NCBI GenBank assembly: GCA_041750915.1
Contig: JBGSYJ010000069.1
Span: 4,946-68,945 of the forward strand
Reading direction: 5' to 3'
DNA: 64,000 bases
Origin: Thermoanaerobaculia bacterium
GTDB taxonomy: Bacteria; Acidobacteriota; Thermoanaerobaculia; Gp7-AA8
Shown: positions 49,590-58,000 of the stretch, piece after piece
Layout of the letters: each line of letters opens with the position of its first letter
How positions within the stretch are numbered: the stretch's first letter is position 1
Program-made: the position numbers and the translations under genes
Notes under the pieces: generated by a model
Told to the model about the DNA's origin: nothing
Databases searched by the model: none
What the model saw: the letters and a program-made list of their open reading frames with translations, nothing else

Positions 49590-49810
49590 TTGTGATTGCA
49601 GTGAGTAGCGACTTCCCTCTCCCCGCGAAGTCGGGGAGAGGGTGGCGCGCGGGAGTCGAGACGACTTTTCGGTTCCGACAGTTCCGCGCGCCGGGAGAGG
49701 GGCGTCCAGGGCTTGCAGCGACTTACTCCAGTTGGCAACATTGGAATGGCCTGCTCGGCCCCTCACCCCTTGCCCCTCTCCCCGTTCACACGGGGAGAGG
49801 GGAATCGCGC
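49590..49810. repeat. 210-bp multi-hairpin repeat, copy 2 (inverted relative to 29335-29540)
   Basis: The reverse complement aligns with copy 1 over about 200 bp, including both terminal hairpins. Confidence 0.65.
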
Positions 49811-49820
49811 GACGTCGACG

Positions 49821-49872
49821 TGGGCGGTTCCACTCAGAACTCACAACTCAGAACTCACAACTCGGCTTACAG
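49821..49872. repeat. Heptad repeat TCCACTCAGAACTCACAACTCAGAACTCACAACTC (H4), one arm of the H5 family
   Basis: A 34-nt block identical to the reverse complement of the 5' arm of the 60715-60786 hairpin. Confidence 0.55.
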
Positions 49873-51579
49873 GTCGCGCTGAACCGTGAAGAGGGGCCAG
49901 GAACCGAGGTCGCCGAGGGAGGCGAGATCGCGGGGCGTGAACTCGAGACCGGAGCCGGCGACGAGGTCGCGAACGGTGTTCGAAACGAGAATCTCGCCCG
50001 GCTTCGCGAGCTGCGTAATCTTTTCAGCCGCTGCGACGGCAACTCCGCCGATTCCGCCTTCGAGAATTTCGCACTCCCCGGTGTGCAACGCGCCGGCGAG
50101 CGAGATGCCGGCCTTGTCGGCGGCATCGAGTATTCCCCGCGCACATCGGATTGCGCGTGCAGGACCGTCGAAGTATGCGAGCAGCCCCTCGCCGATCCGG
50201 CTGACCTTCTTTCCCTGGAACCACGACACTTCGATGGATGTCTGATAGTCGAAGCGTTCGATGCCGGGAATGACTCGATCGCCCTCGATGCGGAAGAACA
50301 GAAGCGTGGCGAGCATCCGCGAGGCATCGGGCGCCGTGCCGAGCCCGGTAACGAATCGCTCGATCTCGTCCAGGATCGAATCCTGATCACCGACGAATGG
50401 CAGATGATCGTTTCCAGGCAACTCGATGAACTGAGCGCCTGGAATCCGCTCGGCGATGTAACGTCCTTCTTCAATTCGGAGGCACTGATCGTCGGTGCGA
50501 TGGATCACGAGTGTCGGCACCCGGATGCTCGGAAGAACCTGACGGATGTCGATGTCGGCATTCATTCTCGTCAGTGCGGCGGCGGCGCCGGGGCTTGCTC
50601 CCATCCTCAGATAGGTTGACCACCACCGCCGGAACTCGGGGTCGTTCGCGAGGCTCGGCGCCCGCTCGTTGATCCCGACCGGTCCGCCCCATTCGCGCTC
50701 GAGTGTTGCGATGAACGATTCACGCTGCTCCGCGGTCGGGCCCCACGGATAATCCTCGGCCCAGAGTCTTCGCGCATATCCGCCAATGATCACGACGCCT
50801 GCTGTATGTTCCGGGTAGGTTCCCGCGAAGAGACAACTCATCGTGCCGCCCTCGGAAACGCCGATTAGGATCGCCCTTCGGGAACCTGCGGCCTGCATCA
50901 CAGCCCGCAGATCGTCCATTCTCTGTTCCAGGGTGGGGAGCTGGGACAGAGGCACGCTGTCCGAAAGCCCGGTGCCTCGCTTGTCTAGAAGGATCAGTCT
51001 GGAGAAGCTCGCGAGGCGTCGGAGAAAACTCGCGAAGGATGGTTCCGCCCAGAACATCTCCAGATGCGAGACCCACCCCATGACGAAAACGATGTCCACA
51101 GGACCGTCTCCGACGATCTGATAGGCGATGTTCACATCCCCGCTTCTTGCGTAGCGGGTGAGGGGCATGCCCTGACGGTCTGGTGAATGGTCAAGGGAGA
51201 CATCGGGAACGGCGTGCGAATGGGTGGAAAGCAGGGGCGCCTGAGGCTCGCTCGTCAGACGGATAACGGGCGCGACGAAGCGGTAGCCGCGCCGGGAGAC
51301 GGTCTGTACGTAGTTGTTTTCCGGGTCGACGGCGGCGATCGCTTTCCTGACGAGCGAGATGTTCTGAGCGAGATTGTTTTCGTCGACGAAGCTGTCGGGC
51401 CAGAGTCTGCTGATCAGCTCCTCCTTGGCGATGATCGTCCCGGCCCGCTCGACCAGAAGCAGCAGCGTTTCGAATGCTTTCGGAGTCAGCGAGATCTCGC
51501 TGGTTCCGGAGGCGAGGATGCCCTGGTCGCGGTCCATTCTGAACGGGCCGAATGAATAGATGATGGGCTGCTGCTCCAT
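49867..51579 (-). CDS. Fusion of an OmpR/CadC-type winged-helix DNA-binding domain, an alpha/beta-hydrolase and a class III nucleotidyl-cyclase-like domain
   Basis: N-terminal trans_reg_C domain (LTPKAFETLLLLVERAGTIIAKEEL...RRGYRF); middle hydrolase (LDKRGTGLSD, GVSEGG); C-terminal cyclase-homology motifs (GEGLLAYFDG, HTGECE..GGIGGVAV..A.PGEILVS). Confidence 0.75.
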   Translation of the reverse strand: MEQQPIIYSFGPFRMDRDQGILASGTSEISLTPKAFETLLLLVERAGTIIAKEELISRLWPDSFVDENNLAQNISLVRKAIAAVDPENNYVQTVSRRGYRFVAPVIRLTSEPQAPLLSTHSHAVPDVSLDHSPDRQGMPLTRYARSGDVNIAYQIVGDGPVDIVFVMGWVSHLEMFWAEPSFASFLRRLASFSRLILLDKRGTGLSDSVPLSQLPTLEQRMDDLRAVMQAAGSRRAILIGVSEGGTMSCLFAGTYPEHTAGVVIIGGYARRLWAEDYPWGPTAEQRESFIATLEREWGGPVGINERAPSLANDPEFRRWWSTYLRMGASPGAAAALTRMNADIDIRQVLPSIRVPTLVIHRTDDQCLRIEEGRYIAERIPGAQFIELPGNDHLPFVGDQDSILDEIERFVTGLGTAPDASRMLATLLFFRIEGDRVIPGIERFDYQTSIEVSWFQGKKVSRIGEGLLAYFDGPARAIRCARGILDAADKAGISLAGALHTGECEILEGGIGGVAVAAAEKITQLAKPGEILVSNTVRDLVAGSGLEFTPRDLASLGDLGSWPLFTVQRDL

Positions 51580-51710
51580 GAGCCTGTCCTCAGAAATTTC
51601 TCAACGGCATTTCATAGAGCCCTCAGGACTCCGGGCCGGAGACGAACTACCTTGTTTGTCGAGCGGTAGGTGGATTGTACCGCACGATGAGCGAGGAAAA
51701 GGAGCGACCC

Positions 51711-52784
51711 ATGTCGGTTCAAACCATAGTGAAAAGAAGCGCCGAGGATACATTCGCTGAGAGGATGCGGCTTCATCTGACGGGCGCTGCGGTATCGATG
51801 ATGACGAGCGTCGGATATCAGACGGGCCTCTTTGAAAAGATGGCGGAGCTGCCGCCTTCGACCAGCCTCGAGATTGCGGCTGCTGCCGGGCTTCAGGAGC
51901 GGTACGTTCGGGAGTGGCTCTCGGCGATGGCGTCAGCCGGCGTTCTTACCTACGACCCCGCGGATGGAACCTTCGCGCTTCCAGCTTCCCATGTCCGCAC
52001 TCTGACTCAAATGGGCGGGGCTGAGAACGCCGGCCCGACGGCCCGGCTGCTCGCGTCCATCGGAGCGACGGAGCATCGTCTGATCAGTGCTTTCCGCGAT
52101 GGTGGCGGGGTGAGCTACGGGCAGTTCCGAAACCTCGAAGCGATTATCGCGGAGACGGGAGATCCGGTTCTCTGTTCACGGCTGGATGCGATCGTGGAAG
52201 TCTCCCCATCGCTCCGTGAGCGGTTGCGGGCTGGGATCGAAGTGCTGGACCTCGGTTGCGGGAGAGGGCGGGCGATGATGCTTCTCGCGCGGCGGTTTCC
52301 GCGCAGCCGCTTCGTCGGCATCGACTTGTCGCTATCGTCCATTCAGGCCGCCCGTCAGGAAGCCGAGGAGCATGGACTTCAGAACGTCTCCTTCCAGGTC
52401 GGCGATGCAGCGGTGCTTTCGGATGAAGGCCGATTCGGTCTGGTTCTGACATTCAATTCCATGCATGAGCAGGCTCGACCCGAGGCGGTGCTGCGGGCGA
52501 TCTATCGGTCGATGAAAAAGGGAGCGATGTATCTGATGATCGAGCCCGATGGCTCGTCGCATCTCGAGGAGAATCTCGACATGCCGTTGTCCACAGTGCT
52601 CTACACGATCTCGTGCTTCCTCTCGCTTCCGGTCTCCCATGCAGCGGGAGGCGAAGGGCTCGGGATGCTGTGGGGCCGGGAGAATGCAGTCGCGATGCTT
52701 CGGGCGACAGGCTTTTCCGAGATCCGGGTCGAGCCGCTGGCGGACGACCCGATCAATGCGTGCTTCGTCTCGACGAAGCTTTAG
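51711..52784 (+). CDS. Class I SAM-dependent methyltransferase with an N-terminal wHTH/dimerisation domain
   Basis: VLDLGCGRGRAMMLL (motif I); O-methyltransferase-like N-terminal domain. Confidence 0.8.
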   Translation: MSVQTIVKRSAEDTFAERMRLHLTGAAVSMMTSVGYQTGLFEKMAELPPSTSLEIAAAAGLQERYVREWLSAMASAGVLTYDPADGTFALPASHVRTLTQMGGAENAGPTARLLASIGATEHRLISAFRDGGGVSYGQFRNLEAIIAETGDPVLCSRLDAIVEVSPSLRERLRAGIEVLDLGCGRGRAMMLLARRFPRSRFVGIDLSLSSIQAARQEAEEHGLQNVSFQVGDAAVLSDEGRFGLVLTFNSMHEQARPEAVLRAIYRSMKKGAMYLMIEPDGSSHLEENLDMPLSTVLYTISCFLSLPVSHAAGGEGLGMLWGRENAVAMLRATGFSEIRVEPLADDPINACFVSTKL

Positions 52785-52880
52785 GGGGGAAGTACCTGAA
52801 CGGAGATCTGTCGGATTCGTCATCCCGAGCAAGCTCCCACCCGCACGACCAGGCTGCTAATGAACCCTACCGGCGAATGA

Positions 52881-52968
52881 GTGTCATCCTGTGCGCAGCG
52901 AAGGATCCCACTCCGCGAGGCGGTAAGGCAGGTCTTCAGGGGATCCTTCGCTGCGCTCAGGATGACAC
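52881..52968. repeat. Type I palindromic element, copy g
   Basis: GTGTCATCCTGTGCGCAGCGAAGGATCCC...GGGGATCCTTCGCTGCGCTCAGGATGACAC. Further GTCATCCCGAGC-type relics follow, up to about 53040. Confidence 0.7.
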
Positions 52969-53124
52969 CCGCTGTTCATCGCTCGCTTCAATGGCCCTGC
53001 CATCCACCTACTCGGGATGACCCCTCGTTCATCGCCAATGTGACCTGCTCGGGTGGCGGCTCCTGTCTACTGTCTTCTGTGTGCTGTCTACTCTCCCGCC
53101 GTCTGTGTAATCATTCCAGAAAGC

Positions 53125-54513
53125 ATGCCGGTTACCCCCTTCACGATCGAAGAGCTCGCCCGACTCAGCGATGAGGAAGCGCTCCGTAGCTCCTCCAATG
53201 CGGCCATTCTCAAAGCGCTCCGGTGGGTGCTCCGTTTCTTCTTCGTCGTTTCTCTCGTGGAGTGGCTGACCGCTTCGCAGGGCACCGGTCCAGCCGGAGT
53301 CGCAATCGTCAACCTGCTGGTCGTCGTCGGCCTTCTTTTGGGATTCAGACGACTGACGAGTCCGAAGAAAGGCCTGGGCAGAAGGCTGTCCTGGTTCGAG
53401 CCGCTGGCGCGTCTGCTGCGGGTTCAGTCGCGGGGAGTCGCCTCGACCTATCTCGTGCTTCAGTTGTGGATGGTGATGCTGTTTACTTCGGGAGGAAGCG
53501 GCATCATCCCCTGGCTGGTTCTGTTCCCGCAGATCGTTCTGTTGTTCCGCTTCGGACCGGCGGAACGCTTCGCGCTCCATGCGATCTTCATTCTTTCGGC
53601 GGTCGTCGGATGGTTGGCTCCGCTGATTCTCGATCTGTCGAACGCAAGGTTCGAACACGTCGTTTCCGCAACGGTTGCGAACGCCGTTGCGCTCGGCGTC
53701 GGCCTGTACATCGCCCGCCGCATCAGCCGCAGATTTCTCGCCGAGTGGAGAGAAGCGAGGGGCGGCGCGCGGGAGCAAATCCGGATGCGGCAGGAACTCG
53801 AGTCGGCCCGTGAGATCCAGCTGAGCATGCTCCCGCGGGAGACGCCGGAGCTCGAATGGGTCGATCTCGCGAGCGTCTCGATTCCCGCGACGGAAGTTGG
53901 CGGCGATTACTACGACTTCTTTTTCCCGTCTGCGAACCGGCTGGTTCTGGTCTCCGCGGACGTTGCCGGTCACGGTCTGGGAAGTGGTCTCGTGCTGTCG
54001 GGAGTTCGAAGCGGACTCGCGCTTCTCGCTGACGAGCTGGATCATCCGGAGCTCGTCATGGGCAGGCTCCACCGCATGCTCCGCAAGACGACGGGAACGC
54101 GGATGCTCGTCACGATGGCGCTCCTGTCGCTCGACCCGGAAACGATGGGGGCTCGATACGCGACGGCTGGGCATCCACCCCTGCTGATCCGGAGGGCAGG
54201 AACGGGGAAGGTGGACGAAGTCCTGCGAAGCTCCCTTCCACTCGGGGCTGCGATGTCGGCGGATTATGTCGTCGACGAGATTCCTTTCGGATCGGGCGAC
54301 GTATTCATCCTGCACACGGACGGAGTTTATGAGATGCGCAACAACGCGGGAGATGCGTACGGGCTCGACCGGCTCGCGGCGGTTCTCGGGGAGCAGGACG
54401 ACTCGACGACCGCACGGGAAGTGCGGGACGCGATCCTCCGTGACGTGTTCGCGTTCCGTGACCATGCGCCGCAGGAGGATGACCTGACGCTGGTCGTGGC
54501 GAAGGTGCGATAA
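53125..54513 (+). CDS. Membrane-anchored PP2C-type Ser/Thr phosphatase (SpoIIE/RsbU family)
   Basis: About six transmembrane helices, then EIQLSMLP...GGDYYDF...VADVAGHGLGSG...HTDGVYE SpoIIE motifs. Confidence 0.8.
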   Translation: MPVTPFTIEELARLSDEEALRSSSNAAILKALRWVLRFFFVVSLVEWLTASQGTGPAGVAIVNLLVVVGLLLGFRRLTSPKKGLGRRLSWFEPLARLLRVQSRGVASTYLVLQLWMVMLFTSGGSGIIPWLVLFPQIVLLFRFGPAERFALHAIFILSAVVGWLAPLILDLSNARFEHVVSATVANAVALGVGLYIARRISRRFLAEWREARGGAREQIRMRQELESAREIQLSMLPRETPELEWVDLASVSIPATEVGGDYYDFFFPSANRLVLVSADVAGHGLGSGLVLSGVRSGLALLADELDHPELVMGRLHRMLRKTTGTRMLVTMALLSLDPETMGARYATAGHPPLLIRRAGTGKVDEVLRSSLPLGAAMSADYVVDEIPFGSGDVFILHTDGVYEMRNNAGDAYGLDRLAAVLGEQDDSTTAREVRDAILRDVFAFRDHAPQEDDLTLVVAKVR

Positions 54514-54543
54514 GCAGTTCTGAGTACTGCCAGGGCGGCGGTG

Positions 54544-54999
54544 CCCCTCTCCCGGCGGGAGAGGGGTCAGGGGTGAGGGAGCTTCTTCAGCGCCTCAACC
54601 AAACGCTTGATCCGATCGAGCACGATTTCCGGATTTACGAGCAGCTCTTCATTCTCGATTCGAGTCAGGGTGTAACCGCGATCCTGAAGGTACTGCGTGC
54701 GATGCGCGTCGGACGATTGAACGGACAGATCAAAGTGACCGTCGCCGTCGAGCTCGATGATGAGCCTAACTTCTTCGCAGCAGAAATCAACGATGTAATG
54801 TCCGATCTCGAATTGTCTCTGAAACTTCAGATTCATAAAGCGGCGTCCGCGGAGTGCGGACCACATCGCGCGTTCTGCCGGGGTCTGTCGCCTTCGAAGT
54901 TCGCGGGCTCTTTGGACGAGCTTGTGAGATTCGTGATGCATGAGCGTGATCGTACCTCGGGTTCCCTCACCCCTGACCCCTCTCCCGCCGGGAGAGGGG
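54544..54999. mobile_element. DUF559 cassette 2: full-length DUF559 gene bounded by perfect 36-bp terminal inverted repeats
   Basis: The left end CCCCTCTCCCGGCGGGAGAGGGGTCAGGGGTGAGGG (54544-54579) is the exact reverse complement of the right end CCCTCACCCCTGACCCCTCTCCCGCCGGGAGAGGGG (54964-54999). The gene's stop codon and last three codons lie inside the left repeat. Confidence 0.6.
54567..54941 (-). CDS. DUF559 endonuclease-domain protein (Vsr-like/PD-(D/E)xK)
   Basis: ARELRRRQTPAERAMWSALRGRRFMNLKFQRQFEIGHYIVDFCCEEVRLIIELDGDGH is a full-length DUF559. Confidence 0.8.
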   Translation of the reverse strand: MHHESHKLVQRARELRRRQTPAERAMWSALRGRRFMNLKFQRQFEIGHYIVDFCCEEVRLIIELDGDGHFDLSVQSSDAHRTQYLQDRGYTLTRIENEELLVNPEIVLDRIKRLVEALKKLPHP

Positions 55000-55073
55000 A
55001 ACCGCCACCCTGCTGTGCACCGTGATAGGATTCAAACCTTCAATCTCCAAATGCTGAGAGGCCATCACGCGAC

Positions 55074-58000
55074 ATGATCGGCACGATTCTCAATAACCGC
55101 TACGAGATCATCGGTGAGCTCGGTCGCGGTGGGATGGGTGTGGTTTACCGCGCCAGGGACCCTCTGCTCAACCGCGAGGTTGCGATCAAGCTCGTTCCCC
55201 CGATGCTGCTCAATCCGCAGTCAGAGGAGCGATTCAACCGCGAGGCGCAGCTCGTCGCACAGATGGACCATCCGTCCATCGTTCCGATCTTCGACATCGG
55301 ACAGCACGATGGCTCGATGTTCTTCCTGATGCCTGTGGTGAAGGGCGACAACCTGCGGGCGTTTCTCCGCGAAAAGCCTCGGACTCTCGGATCCATCATC
55401 GACATTGCCATCCAGGCGGCAGAGGGTCTCGAATACAGCCACGCGAGAGGAGTGATTCACCGCGACATCAAGCCGGAGAACATCATGGTCTCCGAGGAAG
55501 AGGGCGCGCTGCGGGTTCGCATTATGGATTTCGGCCTCGCGAAAGCGGCGTCGGACCAGAGGCTGACGCGAACGGGCACGCTCGTTGGAACCGTCTCGTA
55601 TTTCAGCCCCGAGCAGGTCAAGGCCGAGGAGGTCGACAACCGCTCCGATATCTACTCTCTCGGGACGGTGATCTATGAAGCGATCGCAGGAGAGCCTCCG
55701 TTCACGGGCGAGATGCAGTCGGTGCTTTACCGCGCCGTCCACGAGAACCCGCGTTCGCTGATCGATCGCGGCGCGGAGATCTCGCAATCGCTCGAAGACG
55801 TGATCATGCGTACGCTCGCTAAAGAGCCGTCCAGACGGTATGCAACGGCGGGCGATCTCGTCGAGGCGCTCAGACGGTACAGGTTGACCCTCCGCGACGA
55901 TGACATGGTCAAGGCCGTAGGAATGTCCTCGGTCATGACGGCACAGATGGTCCGTCCGTCGTCGGCTCCGTTCATCGGAAGAGAGAAAGAGATTGCCGAG
56001 CTGCAGCGCCGCCTGAACGCAGCCGTCGACGGAGAATGCCAGTTCGCAGTGATCGCAGGAGAGCCGGGCATCGGCAAGACACGGCTCGTCGAAGAGATCG
56101 AGAGTCTCGCCCGCGCGCGGAAGATCACAGTTCTTCACGGGCGTTTCATGGAGCAGGATCGCACCTTCGCGTATCAGGGCTTCGGCGAGGCCATTCAGGA
56201 GTTCTTCCGTTCGCCGGACACCGGTGGATCGGGAGCGCGGCCGGACGTATCGGATCTCGCACCCGATCTGATCGCACTGTTTCCGGTTCTCAGTGAGATC
56301 AGCGAACTGCGCAAAACATCGAGCGGCGATCAGCGGCAGGAACCGGCCGAATCGCGAAAAGCCGAAGACCGCACGTGGGTGTTCGAGCTGCTCGCGCGGA
56401 CGATGGTGCGCATCGGAGGCGGGAAAGCGCTCGTTCTCGTGTTTGAGAATCTCCACTCGGCCGAGCTCTCGCTCGATGCGCTTCAGTACATCGTGCGCCG
56501 CCTCGCTCCGACGCCGACGCTCATCATCGGAACGTTTCGTCAGACAGAGATCGACAAGCGCCACCCGCTGGTCAAGATGCTCGACACATTCGCTGACGAT
56601 CCGAGATTCTCGTCGACTTACCTCGGTCCTCTGACTCCGTCGGAACACCGCAGCTTCATTCAGACGATGGTCGGTGGCGCTTCTCTCGGAGCAGGGCTGG
56701 CCGAGCGACTCTATGAAGCGACCGAAGCGAATCCCTTCTTCACGCGCGAGCTCGTCCGCTCTCTGATCGACTCCGGCGGAATTGCGAGGGCGGAGACGGG
56801 AGAGTGGACGCTGTCGGGGGAAATGGCGATTTCGTCCGACGCGCTGCCTGCAACGATTCAGCAGACGGTCGAGAAGCGGATCGAGAGGCTGCCGGAAGAG
56901 ATGCGGGACGTGCTCTCCACGGCTTCTGTCATGGGCCGCAGCTTCGACTTTCGCGACCTCGAGTCACTCGCAGACTCGAAGGGAGGCCTCGACGACATCG
57001 TGGATCGCCTCGTCTACGAGGGATTGATCGAAGAGGAGCGCGAGTCGCGGGGAGACAGGCTCGCGTTCACGAGCGGCATCGTCCGGGATGTTCTCTACAG
57101 CGCGCTGTCACGCCGGAAGAGAAAGTCTCTGCATCGCAGGTATGCCGAGCTGCTCGAAAAGCGGAACAGCGGAAGACTGGATCGAGTCTATCCGCAGCTC
57201 GTTCACCACTACTCCGAGGGGGATGTTCCGGACAAGACGGTCGAGTACGGAATGATTCTCGCGCGCAAGTCTCTTGACGCATTCAGTTCCGAGGAGGCGG
57301 TGCAGACGCTTCGTACGGTCGTCGACTTCCTTGATGATGACGAGTGGTCGCCTCCGCCGGGCACCGTAGGCGAGGCGCGCATGCTGCTCGCTTCGGCGCT
57401 TCGGCAGCAGGGACAAATCGACGCAGCGTTGCGGGAAGCTGAGGCAGCTGTCCAGAGCTTCGAAAAGGACAAAGATGCGGATCGCGCGTCGGCTGCGATG
57501 CTGCTCGCTGCGGAAGCCGCATGGCAGGGCCGCCGTGTCGAAGAAACAAGGAACTGGCTCGATCGCGGAGTTGCGGCAGCGAGAGGTGCGACAGCAGGAA
57601 ATGTTCTCGCCGACCTGCTGTCCCTTGCAGCCACGGTCGCAAACCTGCGGGGCGAGTACAGCAGGGCGAAGGAGCTTCTCGATGAGCTCGAACGAATCCG
57701 TCCGGCAATCTCCCTGGAGCAGCAGATCGACATCCCGGTCGGTGGGCGGTTGATGGTGAGTCTCGGAAATCCCGCGCCCGCGAAAGAGCCGGCAGCGATC
57801 GAGCTTCTGGAAGAGTCCGAAATTCTCGGCCTCGCTTTCGAAAGGCTCGTGACGACTGATGATCGGGGCCACCTGGTCGCCTCTCTCGGCGAAAGCTGGG
57901 ATGTGATCGACGATGGCCGGGCGATGAAACTGCGGTTGCGCGAGGGAGTGCGCTTTCACGACGGTTCCCCGCTTACCGCCGAGGCGGTGAGGGATTCAAT

